A DNA stretch of 56,176 bases from a virus (lineage: Duplodnaviria > Caudoviricetes). Each line of letters starts with the position of its first letter. Position 1 is the first letter of the stretch. The notes under the pieces were generated by a model. That model saw only the letters and a list, made by a program, of their open reading frames with translations. It ran no database searches and had not been told where the DNA came from. Below are positions 35,939-44,654 of the stretch, one piece after another. Both the position numbers and the translations under genes were made by a program. The stretch covers positions 1 through 56,176 of the IMG/VR virus record IMGVR_UViG_3300036976_000004. The stretch is one strand, 5' to 3'.

Positions 35939-36280
35939 TTAACCCTCAATCGTCTGTGAACAGTACGCTTTGTTGGCTATATAGTCAACAGCGTAAACCT
36001 TGCCTCCATATTTGGTTTTGCAGTTGCTTAAATAGTTTTGCAATGTGTCTGGCCACACATCTATTTCATTATCATTATCGTCTTTAAATCTCCATCCACC
36101 AAATTTGTTCGGCTTCGCACACTCTGGTATCATTACGGCAATTGTTTGCCATTTATCAAGCGGTACAAGTAAATCATAGTCATTGCTTTCAATATCCTCA
36201 CCCATTAGTTTTTTAGCCTGTGAGCCAACCAACAAAGCTCCGTGTACGCACATTAAATATACTGTTCTTGGTAAAATCAT
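35939..36280 (-). CDS. Minimal nucleotidyltransferase-like protein (cassette cargo)
   Basis: LVGS...DYDLLV...EIDVW pol-beta superfamily signature. Confidence 0.55.
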   Translation of the reverse strand: MILPRTVYLMCVHGALLVGSQAKKLMGEDIESNDYDLLVPLDKWQTIAVMIPECAKPNKFGGWRFKDDNDNEIDVWPDTLQNYLSNCKTKYGGKVYAVDYIANKAYCSQTIEG

Positions 36281-36415
36281 AATAAAAACACCCTATAACA
36301 ATGTATATAATTCAGTGGTGTTATAAGGTCTATTTAAACCACTGTGCAGTTTTGTAATTTTATCGGTATGCGAAAAGTCCTGCAATCAATAGCCACCGAA
36401 ATCATATACTAAACG

Positions 36416-36610
36416 TTAGGCAACATTTCTGTACCTAATATATAATTTACCGTCAAATAATCTCCAACCTATTTTATGCGGTTTCCCTTCATTCTCATAT
36501 CTCCACCAAATCATAAGCAGTTTGTGTTTTTCATTTACTTTTTGCAACCAATAATAAAAATGTTGCCTAACATTTTGTAAATGTGATTTGGGTTTATTCT
36601 CGTTATTCAT
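36416..36610 (-). CDS. Hypothetical protein starting inside attC-like hairpin
   Basis: GTT core lies inside the ORF (..QNVRQH); stop lies within GCCTAAC. Confidence 0.5.
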   Translation of the reverse strand: MNNENKPKSHLQNVRQHFYYWLQKVNEKHKLLMIWWRYENEGKPHKIGWRLFDGKLYIRYRNVA

Positions 36611-36697
36611 CTCTATATCAATTTATTAAGTTAATACTATTTTTGTAGTGTAGTGGGTTCAATCCCAAACTACACTTACAATTTGCGTTAGGCACAA

Positions 36698-37012
36698 TTA
36701 TCTCAATTCAATTTCTGTAACTTGTGCCGTGGGCAAATCCCAGTTTATTTCATCATACCAAAATGGCTTTGGCTTATCGTAATTACCATCATCATAATAA
36801 TGGGCTATTCGGTCTTTATTGTTTTCAATAATGCGGTTATATTTATCCCGCCATTTTTCAGCTCGTTCTTTATCGGCAGTAGCAAATATGTGGCGTTCGG
36901 TGTAATCTTCGTATTGCCCACTACATACCATTACCAAGTAAATAACTGTGCCTAACAACGTATCATACGCCATTGGCTTGCTGTCATTTGTAGTTTCTTT
37001 CTTTGTTGTCAT
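36698..37012 (-). CDS. Hypothetical protein starting inside attC-like hairpin
   Basis: ..YDTLLGTV encoded by attC right arm and core; IYLVMVCSGQYEDY motif. Confidence 0.6.
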   Translation of the reverse strand: MTTKKETTNDSKPMAYDTLLGTVIYLVMVCSGQYEDYTERHIFATADKERAEKWRDKYNRIIENNKDRIAHYYDDGNYDKPKPFWYDEINWDLPTAQVTEIELR

Positions 37013-37087
37013 TATATCAAGTATTTAAAGTTTTGTAATTCTAATTAAAAGCCAACAGGCGCATATACAAACCTTTGTAAAACATTA

Positions 37088-37125
37088 CAAATCTAAACAA
37101 TTCTTTATTAAGAATCAATATGTAT
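37088..37125 (-). promoter_or_regulatory. Gap-11 promoter heading cassette locus C
   Basis: caaatcta 37088-37095; attaagaatcaatatgtat 37107-37125. Confidence 0.65.
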
Positions 37126-37312
37126 TAGGAGGTTTTGAATATTTACGCTTAGGTTTATTCGATTCAGATACTAATGATCTAAGATATAACTTTATCTTAT
37201 TGATAGTCTCAGCATATTCTTGTGCTGATAGCTTTCCTTTATTTGCTATCAACAATAACTCCTGTGCTTTTCTTTCATAATTCATTTGCTCGGTGTTCAT
37301 TTTTATTAACAA
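37115..37312 (-). CDS. Hypothetical protein (start probably 37285)
   Basis: Operon member. Confidence 0.45.
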   Translation of the reverse strand: MLIKMNTEQMNYERKAQELLLIANKGKLSAQEYAETINKIKLYLRSLVSESNKPKRKYSKPPNTY

Positions 37313-37538
37313 TAAATTCCAGCCATTTAACCGGGTCTTGCCCTTCGTGTTTTAAGCTATTGATTGCGGTTGCTATTACATCCGCTAACTCTTCGTAGTA
37401 TTCGATATCTGTGTTACTAGATTCAACTTCATTTACTTATTCTTTTAATTTTTCAATAAAATCGAATCTGGAAGTAAGCGGAGTAATACAACCCCGCTTT
37501 ACTATACTATTGTAATTTCTTTCTATTAATTCTCGCAT
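37275..37538 (-). pseudogene. MazG-like pyrophosphohydrolase with in-frame TAA (37437-37439)
   Basis: ..FIEKLKE*VNEV...YEELADVI..; the stop replaces the second Glu of the EExxE motif. Confidence 0.65.
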
Positions 37539-38713
37539 TGATCTAATAAGCTTGTTTGTTTGTTACCTTCCTTGAATCTATTATTAACTTGTTCAAGATT
37601 TATTTTTGATTGCTTAAAATAGCTATCTTTTAATTCAATTCCAATAGCCTTACGACCTAGTGAGACAGGACTATAAACTTCTGATCCAACACCCATAAAT
37701 GGAGTTAAAACAACTTCACCAGGATTTGAATATAATTCTACTAATCTATCAATCACATCTAATTGTAAAGGGTGAACGTGTTTCTCGTCGTCATCTTCCT
37801 TTGAATCACGGAAAGGTAATACATTATCAATTCTTATGTCATCCCAAACAGACGATGCGTAACGCTGCCAGATGTAATGACTTAATTTATTACTTTTTGG
37901 GTCTTTATGATCTTGATACTTATTGTTCAAGTGTTCCCATAATTGAGATGCATTCAAATTTGATTTATTAGCATTATTCCAAGCTTGTAGAATGTTTGGT
38001 AATATTGGAGTTTCACCAAAATACCTTTTTAATCCGTTTGGATGTGTTACCGGAACTTTGTTTTCTCCTTTTTTAGTGAAAATTAATACATAATCAGGCA
38101 TTGCGGTGAAGCACTTTGTTGAATCTTCTACAATAAACTTATGCATTAATGATTGAACCATTGTACGCATACGAACTTTTAAAGGCTCTTTCCATATCGT
38201 TATACGGTTTCTGTATTCAAATCCGTATTTCTCGTGTATTTTAATTATTTCGTGTGGAAAATCCCAAAGACGGCAAGTGTTATCAAAAACATCTGTACAG
38301 TGAACTGCGGATATTCTACCGGGTTTTGTTACCCTCGCAATCTCTTTTACAAGGAATTCATATTGATCTAAGAATTGTTCTTTTGTTTCACAGTTTGAAA
38401 AATCATTTTCAGAAGAACTGTAATTGTATAATCCAGCAAACGGAGGGGAATATATTGATAAATCAACACTTTCATTTTCTAAAGTTGGTAATACATATAT
38501 GCAATCTGAATTATAAATCGCATAGTTTTCTGTGATAATTTGGTCTTTTACTTTATTTTCAGACACGTTTAAACATTCTGTTATTTCATCTTCTGACACT
38601 TCAAAACCAGCTTTATTTACTCCTTTTTTTATTTTATTAACCATTTGTTTATCTATCTCTTTTATTTCTTCAAGTGTTTTAGGACCTTGTGTAGTCTCAA
38701 ATTTCTTTTTCAT
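37526..38713 (-). CDS. DNA amino-methyltransferase (N4-C/N6-A, beta class)
   Basis: SPPF motif IV; H..P and PFMGVGSE motif I; GIELK. Confidence 0.88.
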   Translation of the reverse strand: MKKKFETTQGPKTLEEIKEIDKQMVNKIKKGVNKAGFEVSEDEITECLNVSENKVKDQIITENYAIYNSDCIYVLPTLENESVDLSIYSPPFAGLYNYSSSENDFSNCETKEQFLDQYEFLVKEIARVTKPGRISAVHCTDVFDNTCRLWDFPHEIIKIHEKYGFEYRNRITIWKEPLKVRMRTMVQSLMHKFIVEDSTKCFTAMPDYVLIFTKKGENKVPVTHPNGLKRYFGETPILPNILQAWNNANKSNLNASQLWEHLNNKYQDHKDPKSNKLSHYIWQRYASSVWDDIRIDNVLPFRDSKEDDDEKHVHPLQLDVIDRLVELYSNPGEVVLTPFMGVGSEVYSPVSLGRKAIGIELKDSYFKQSKINLEQVNNRFKEGNKQTSLLDQCEN

Positions 38714-38716
38714 GTC

Positions 38717-40084
38717 TTATAAAAATTTAGGTTTAATAATTTCTTGATTAAATTCTTTCTTGGTTTCGGTGTATGATCTATTAACGTTTTTAGTTAAATT
38801 CTCATACAACTCAATAGCCTTTTGCGTTTTTTGCTGCAAAGATTCTAAAACTCTTGTTTGCCCGTCAGAGATAACCATATCAATAGTAACATCTCTTTTT
38901 TGCCCGAATCTCCAGAATCTACGGATAGCTTGGTAATACTGTTCATAACTCCATGTAGGGAAAAATACAGAATGATTACAATGTTGCCAGTTAAGCCCCA
39001 TTCCAGTCATCTTAGCTTTAGTTATAATCCTTTCGATGTTCCCGTTTGCAAAATTCAGTAGAATATCTTCTTTCTTTTCGATTGACATACTGCCTTTAAT
39101 TTCTACCGCATCCTGATCTAATTCATTCAACAAATCACTTTCATTATTCAGATTACACCAATAAACAGATGTTTTATTTTCTGCTAATTGCACAGCTTTT
39201 TCACAACGATCTTTAATAGTTTGAACTTGTTCGTGTCTTACTTCTGTCATTGTTTTAGCTATAGGTGTGAACATTTGAACTTGTCCGTTAACATCAATTA
39301 ATGATTGATTTTCTACAACATGTTTAACTGTATCTAGTTTCGGTAAAATATATCTTTCGTCTGAAAATCCAATATCTGACGGCATTTTAACCATAATAGA
39401 CCATTGATTTACCCATGCAAAGAAATCCTTTTCAGCGTGAGGTTTTAAATAGTATTTTTCACCAATATTACGAGCGTTACTATCAGATGAATTTTGATTG
39501 TTTTTAAAGAATTTACCTAACATATCCATATACCCCATATACCCTAACGCCTCCGAACTTGTTCCAAGCTCGATAAAATCGTTAGGACTTGGTGTAGCTG
39601 TACTAAGAAATCTATAAGGAATTTTTTTCACAAATGCGGTCACCTGGTTTTTAATCTTACCGTCAAAGTTTTTAAGGATTGAGCTTTCATCAAGAATTAC
39701 AGCTTCAAAATCTGAACTATTGAAATAATGTAATCTTTCGTAGTTACAAATAACTATTTTCTTTGTGTAATTACCATCTTTCGAATATTCAATATCATCA
39801 ATACCCATTTTTTCAGATTCAATTAAGAATTGAAACGCTACAGCTAAAGGAGTTAGGATAAGTACAGGTTTATTCGTGTGACGGATTATATTGTTAGCTA
39901 TTGATATTTGGATTAATGTTTTTCCTAATCCAGTATCAGCAAATACAGCCATACGACCTTTGTTTACAGCTTTTTCAATTATATATCTTTGAAAATCGAA
40001 AGCCATATCAGGTATGTAGTTTACTTTTATCCCTTGATCGTTAATTGAATGCTTTTTTGATTCTATAAATTCTTGGTATTTCAT
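38717..40084 (-). CDS. SF2 (SNF2-like) helicase
   Basis: DTGLGKT, LDESS, STATP, GLNWQ and QAIRRFWRFGQ motifs. Confidence 0.88.
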   Translation of the reverse strand: MKYQEFIESKKHSINDQGIKVNYIPDMAFDFQRYIIEKAVNKGRMAVFADTGLGKTLIQISIANNIIRHTNKPVLILTPLAVAFQFLIESEKMGIDDIEYSKDGNYTKKIVICNYERLHYFNSSDFEAVILDESSILKNFDGKIKNQVTAFVKKIPYRFLSTATPSPNDFIELGTSSEALGYMGYMDMLGKFFKNNQNSSDSNARNIGEKYYLKPHAEKDFFAWVNQWSIMVKMPSDIGFSDERYILPKLDTVKHVVENQSLIDVNGQVQMFTPIAKTMTEVRHEQVQTIKDRCEKAVQLAENKTSVYWCNLNNESDLLNELDQDAVEIKGSMSIEKKEDILLNFANGNIERIITKAKMTGMGLNWQHCNHSVFFPTWSYEQYYQAIRRFWRFGQKRDVTIDMVISDGQTRVLESLQQKTQKAIELYENLTKNVNRSYTETKKEFNQEIIKPKFL

Positions 40085-40279
40085 ACTTCGTTTTTGTTTC
40101 AGCTAATATACTACTTATTTAGTTTAGAATTAATCTATATAACGATTTTACAACTTAATATATAAAAAATAGCGGCCGTTATGCTCCAAACAATCTAATG
40201 AGTTATTACTTATACGTTGTACACCGCTACTCAAGCCTGATTTTACCGCTACTTTTCATATCTCATTAGTTAGGCATAA

Positions 40280-40483
40280 TTAAGCTGGCGAAATATCGCA
40301 GTTCCATTGCCATAGCTTCATCATATCATCCCACCAAATGCTTATATCCTTGGTTTTATATCCGCATTTCTCAAGTAAGTGCTTTCTTATGTCTTCCTCT
40401 TTTACTGGGTCATTTGTTTTGCCCTCTGCAAACCCATCACACGGGTTATCTCGTATTTCAAATTCATCTCGTTTTAGTTCCAT
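40280..40483 (-). CDS. Hypothetical protein (cassette cargo)
   Basis: Bounded by complementary cores. Confidence 0.6.
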   Translation of the reverse strand: MELKRDEFEIRDNPCDGFAEGKTNDPVKEEDIRKHLLEKCGYKTKDISIWWDDMMKLWQWNCDISPA

Positions 40484-40622
40484 AATAAAATAACTATGCC
40501 TAACAATTTGTAAAAATAATAGCCTAGTTAGGCGGTTTATTTAAGCTATTACTGTAATTAATTATCGTTTCAGTTATTCGAATTTTTCGCAACTAAACAT
40601 AGCTACGGGCGTTACATTCCAT

Positions 40623-40958
40623 TTAATCACGCATGTACCACGGTTTATAAACTTGCTCTTTTTTCTTACAGTGTGCTCCTAACCCATCATGCAATTCCCC
40701 ACAGCTATTGCATCCATTACTTTGTATGGTGTGCTCGCAATCATCACACAAAGGAGCACCACATACCAGTCCTATTGTTTCGGGGCACTCTCTTGTTGCT
40801 TGTGCTCCACAGCTTACACATTTTATTCCTTTGTGTTCTTCGCAGAATCCACTTTCATCTGCTTCTTTTCCACATTTGCCAACCCACGCCTTATCAAAAC
40901 GGCATGTAACACTATGTAAAGTGCATGGCTGTTCGGTATTTGAATTTTCTGTACTCAT
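40623..40958 (-). CDS. Cys/His-rich putative zinc-binding protein (cassette cargo)
   Basis: Multiple CxxC/CxxH; N-terminus ..PCTLHSVTC encoded by attC arm. Confidence 0.6.
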   Translation of the reverse strand: MSTENSNTEQPCTLHSVTCRFDKAWVGKCGKEADESGFCEEHKGIKCVSCGAQATRECPETIGLVCGAPLCDDCEHTIQSNGCNSCGELHDGLGAHCKKKEQVYKPWYMRD

Positions 40959-41047
40959 ATCTAAAACTGCTTTAAGTTTTGAAATTATGTGGCTTTGTTT
41001 AAGGCAGCCACAACACCTTACATTTTCAAAGATAACACTATTATAGT

Positions 41048-41341
41048 TTAGATTGATTTTAAATTAATTAAAATAGCGTTTAAATCATCTATATACTCTT
41101 CATCCTTAACATCTAAATATCCTTGAATCTTATTGATAGATTGCCATATATTAACCCTTTTACAGTGAGAATATTTACTGATTTTATTCGGGCTTATATT
41201 TAAATATTTATTCAAAATGTACATAGTCATGTGTTTGCCTTTGATAATATTACCATCTTGGCATGTGTTGTACGTGCAATCATAATCTGATAGATTATAA
41301 TATTCTGCTACTGCTTTTATTACTTGTTCTGGTTTAATCAT
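41048..41341 (-). CDS. DnaA domain IV-like HTH protein
   Basis: VIKAVAEYYNL...MTMYIL...SINKI pattern; leaderless gap-11 promoter 41346-41383. Confidence 0.55.
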   Translation of the reverse strand: MIKPEQVIKAVAEYYNLSDYDCTYNTCQDGNIIKGKHMTMYILNKYLNISPNKISKYSHCKRVNIWQSINKIQGYLDVKDEEYIDDLNAILINLKSI

Positions 41342-41382
41342 GTCACAAATTTATGTTTTATTATGTTTAGAATGAATTTAAA

Positions 41383-42198
41383 TTATTCAGGTAAATAATC
41401 TTCTAAATCACATTGCATATCTTTCAATTCTGTGAAATACTCGTCTACAGCTCTAGCCATTGATATAGTTTTAATCTTAGCTTTCACATCTCCTGGAGTA
41501 TTTCCTTCTTTCATTCGACTGATTGTGTCTTTTAACACTCTTCTTTCGTGCATAGGAATATTAGTAGTTACTTTCCTTATATTCTCTTCTAGAAGCTCTT
41601 TTTCAACTTCCTGTTTAATTCTTTCCCTGTCTTGTTCCGGTGTCTCGTAAATTTTTAAATCATAAAGCGTTGTGTAAAGCGCACGGTAAAGTCCTATTTT
41701 TTGCTTATAATCTCCTTGCTTGTGCGATTTAAAAGAGTTAACCAGTACATTGATACTCTTTTTCTTTTTTTCTTCCTTAGAAGGCTCCTGAAGCTTATTT
41801 TGACTTTCATAGTATTTTGTCATAACTGGTTTAGTGTATTCGTAATATTCTGTCATAAGCCCCATAAAAAAAGCCAAGCTTATAGTTTGGTCGTACAACT
41901 TTAGATCGTAGCTGATTTCCTTTTTTAGTGCTTTTCTTAAAGCTAATAAAACATCTTGCTCCGACCATCTTTTTAATTCAACTCTTAGACCCTGGATCAG
42001 GAATTGTTTTTCTTCTTCTGCTTGTGGAAGGTTTCTCATGGGCCAACCGAGCAGCACCATAACTTTTTTTATGAAGTTTTTAAGGTCTGTGTCCATAAGC
42101 TCAGATATCTTTTTTTGAAATCTGCTTTCTACTATTTCTTTATCACCAGTTTTTAATCTGCTCAAACCTGTCTGGTTTATCTTGATTAGTTTGTTCAT
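41383..42198 (-). CDS. Hypothetical replication-module protein
   Basis: Directly after initiator (helicase-loader position). Confidence 0.5.
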   Translation of the reverse strand: MNKLIKINQTGLSRLKTGDKEIVESRFQKKISELMDTDLKNFIKKVMVLLGWPMRNLPQAEEEKQFLIQGLRVELKRWSEQDVLLALRKALKKEISYDLKLYDQTISLAFFMGLMTEYYEYTKPVMTKYYESQNKLQEPSKEEKKKKSINVLVNSFKSHKQGDYKQKIGLYRALYTTLYDLKIYETPEQDRERIKQEVEKELLEENIRKVTTNIPMHERRVLKDTISRMKEGNTPGDVKAKIKTISMARAVDEYFTELKDMQCDLEDYLPE

Positions 42199-42871
42199 CT
42201 TTCTGTTTTTTTATCCAGTTTAAAAAATGTTCTCTAAAATCTTTTTCGGTTTTCATTGTGTTTTTGGTCGCAACCAAATGCATTTTAAATTTTTCAAGGA
42301 ATTTTAATACATCTGGTGGTTTACGTTCTGTTAAATTACTAACTATTCCGATATAATTGTTATCAATTTGTAATCTATTATAAATTTCATTAGTAGATTC
42401 AATTGGTGGCGATGGTTCCGGTTTTTCTTCTTCATCTTCTTTACTATTCTTTACTATACTTTCTTCTTCTTTACTTTGCTTTACTTTTATTGCTTCGCTA
42501 TTGCTAAGCATTTGCTTACCTTTTGCTTTACTTTTGCCACCTATTGCTCCGGCATCCCTTCTTTTTTGCTTGATTTTGTCTAGCTTTTCCATTCTTTTTA
42601 GCAAAGATTTACTATAGAAATATTCATTATCCTTTTCCAGTAGCTCACATTCAAATAAAACGTTTATTTCTTCAATTTCGCATCTCAATTCATAAGCAAT
42701 ATCTTCTAAATCGGTTAGTGATAATTTATAGTTTTCTGACTCTCTTAACATCTCAATAATGCACCAATACATACCATAACCTTTTAAACCTAACTTGCGC
42801 CTAAGTTTAATTATACGTATGTCGTTACGTGCATTAGAATCGTGAGAAAAATAATAAGCATCCTTAGCCAT
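42143..42871 (-). CDS. Replication initiator (DUF4373/Lin1244-like)
   Basis: YYFSHDSNARND, GYGMYWCIIEML, AGAIGG and HFLNW motifs. Confidence 0.8.
   Translation of the reverse strand: MAKDAYYFSHDSNARNDIRIIKLRRKLGLKGYGMYWCIIEMLRESENYKLSLTDLEDIAYELRCEIEEINVLFECELLEKDNEYFYSKSLLKRMEKLDKIKQKRRDAGAIGGKSKAKGKQMLSNSEAIKVKQSKEEESIVKNSKEDEEEKPEPSPPIESTNEIYNRLQIDNNYIGIVSNLTERKPPDVLKFLEKFKMHLVATKNTMKTEKDFREHFLNWIKKQKDEQTNQDKPDRFEQIKNW
42476..42548. repeat. Putative origin iterons inside initiator gene
   Basis: TTGC(T/C) at 42490, 42501, 42512, 42523, 42534 (11-bp period), flanked by copies at 42476 and 42544. Confidence 0.5.
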
Positions 42872-42889
42872 AACTTAAATTTTAATTTG

Positions 42890-42933
42890 AACCATCCGGG
42901 AGAATCGAACTCCCGGTGTATTCCAAAATGGTT
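42890..42933 (-). ncRNA. tRNA-like T-loop minihelix
   Basis: AACCAT..CCGGGAG-TTCGATT-CTCCCGG-ATGGTT. Confidence 0.45.
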
Positions 42934-43469
42934 TATTCTTCCTCTAAATCTGATAAAAATAATTCTTCAGAAGGTAAATCGCTTAATTTGTATGTTTTTA
43001 AAGGTGGATCATCTAGTCTATTGTAAATAATAAATTGTTCTTTTTGCAGGTCAATAACATAACTCCACTCAATACAACTATCAGAACCTTTCGCTGTTTC
43101 TTCTGAATTATCAATAATTATTGTTTCATCTTCAGAATTAGCAATATTGGTTAACACTTCTTCTGCTAAATCACGATGCATATATGTAGAGAACCATCTT
43201 TTTTGTTCATACGTTCTGTTGTCTGGATCATTACTCCACTCAGGCGCATTTTTCTCATAACTTTCAATGAAATCTTTATCAACACCTTCGTAATCTAAGA
43301 ATCTAACTCTACTTAATTTAGATTTAAATTTATTGAATAAAGATTTATTACTCAAGAAAGTTAACACATTAACACCAACACATGAAGGATATCCATCCCA
43401 TTGACCGTATTGAGCTACTTTTGTTTCTCCTGATTCGTTGATTACCATTGTTAAATTACGTGTACCCAT
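42933..43469 (-). CDS. Conserved hypothetical phage protein
   Basis: MGTR, QYGQWDGYP and EWSYVIDL motifs. Confidence 0.7.
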   Translation of the reverse strand: MGTRNLTMVINESGETKVAQYGQWDGYPSCVGVNVLTFLSNKSLFNKFKSKLSRVRFLDYEGVDKDFIESYEKNAPEWSNDPDNRTYEQKRWFSTYMHRDLAEEVLTNIANSEDETIIIDNSEETAKGSDSCIEWSYVIDLQKEQFIIYNRLDDPPLKTYKLSDLPSEELFLSDLEEE

Positions 43470-43511
43470 TTTTTAATAGTTTTTAAGATATAAATTAGTT
43501 TAGAAAATTTT

Positions 43512-43667
43512 TTACTTAATATAAATGAATTTAACTCCATCTAGCTCTATCATATTAACTTTATTCTCTTTAGCTAATTGATATACCCTGGTAGGTGTTA
43601 TGTTATTTTCTTTAGCATAATTTGCTACTGTTCTTAATTTTGTTCTGTCTACTTTTAATTCTTTCAT
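43512..43667 (-). CDS. 51-aa excisionase/MerR-type HTH DNA-binding protein (not in ORF track)
   Basis: TVANYAKENNITPTRVYQL...IELDGVKFI. Confidence 0.6.
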   Translation of the reverse strand: MKELKVDRTKLRTVANYAKENNITPTRVYQLAKENKVNMIELDGVKFIYIK

Positions 43668-43755
43668 ATTTATTGTTTTAAACATTAAAATTCTTACTCC
43701 AACAAAAAGGGATGTTCAGTCCCTCAATGCAAATATATAAAATTATTTTAATCTA

Positions 43756-43956
43756 TTACTTATTTTTCTTAATTTCTTCGATTATTTTTTTAGTGTTAAA
43801 CCACTCTTTGAATACTTCGATGTTTGAAGCATCGAAAATGCATGTTAAGCATGGTTTAAGACAAAAACCTGATTCCATACAATACACATTTTGTATTTTC
43901 TTTAATTTTTTCGTTAGATCAATTTCCGGCACATTCAATTCTTTATACTTTTCCAT
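43756..43956 (-). CDS. Small Cys-containing hypothetical protein
   Basis: C...C..C..CIF pattern. Confidence 0.5.
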   Translation of the reverse strand: MEKYKELNVPEIDLTKKLKKIQNVYCMESGFCLKPCLTCIFDASNIEVFKEWFNTKKIIEEIKKNK

Positions 43957-44005
43957 AATCTTAGTTTTTAATACAGGCTATCTCCCGACAGGCTGTGAAG
44001 TTAGG

Positions 44006-44611
44006 TTATGTAATTCCGTGATATTTTTTTATTTCTTTTGCCGCTACTTTCATAACGTTATATTCATCGTCTTGCAACTGATCTTTATCATCTTTCAAAC
44101 CTTCAATAACTCTATCAATAGTTTCGTTTATTTGTTCTTTTGAATCTTCTATATAACACTCAACATTTGGGTCATCTTCTCCCATCTCAAAATAAGGGAA
44201 TACATCAACTATTGGAGACTCTTGGATGCTTGGAATCTCAAATTGTACCAGCATATCTTTAAATGCTTCTTGTACTCGTTCGTGAGCATCAGGAACGTCA
44301 TTAGCAGCGATTAAAACCCAATTAGTGACCTGCTTTACCTTTTCTGTTTTCTCGTCTACATCCGAATAAGTTACTTTACACTTAAACCAAAGTTGAGCAT
44401 CGTCAGAATTTACAACGTCGGTAAATGGTGTTTGCTTAATATCACGTATAGAAAATTCACCGTGAATATACTGCTCCATTAAATAGTTCATTCGGGACTC
44501 TGCATCCGAAAATGATACTGCATCGACTAAATAAGGCTCAGTTGTTTTCTTTTCTTTTCCGTTTTCATCTACTTTTACGTAGCGTACTTTACATTCAAAC
44601 CAAGTGTTCAT
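44006..44611 (-). CDS. DUF4494 family protein
   Basis: WFECKVRY, EPYLVDAVSFSDAE and I.ESPIVDVF motifs. Confidence 0.8.
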   Translation of the reverse strand: MNTWFECKVRYVKVDENGKEKKTTEPYLVDAVSFSDAESRMNYLMEQYIHGEFSIRDIKQTPFTDVVNSDDAQLWFKCKVTYSDVDEKTEKVKQVTNWVLIAANDVPDAHERVQEAFKDMLVQFEIPSIQESPIVDVFPYFEMGEDDPNVECYIEDSKEQINETIDRVIEGLKDDKDQLQDDEYNVMKVAAKEIKKYHGIT

Positions 44612-44654
44612 AATGTTTTTTGTTTTAACGGGAGGTTTTACCCTCCCTTAGTTG

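Larger units (their letters stand above)
35877..37082 (-). mobile_element. Integron-like cassette locus C (three cassettes, four attC-like hairpins)
   Basis: Paired cores GTTAGGCAC(36956)/GTGCCTAAC(36687), GTTAGGCAAC(36571)/GTTGCCTAAC(36415), GTTATAGGG(36299)/CCCTATAA(35928); opens TTTTACAAA (37082), closes GTTGTGAAAC (35886). Confidence 0.8.
40144..41022 (-). mobile_element. Integron-like cassette locus D (two cassettes)
   Basis: GTTACATGC(40910)/GAATGTAAC(40611); GTTAGGCATA(40504)/TATGCCTAAC(40269); closes GTTGTAAAATC (40154-40144); gap-11 promoter 41027-41064. Confidence 0.8.

Noticed and set aside
35877-37082. CRISPR mini-array
   Set aside because: The repeats are divergent hairpins separated by whole ORFs, not identical repeats with 30-40 nt spacers; no cas genes
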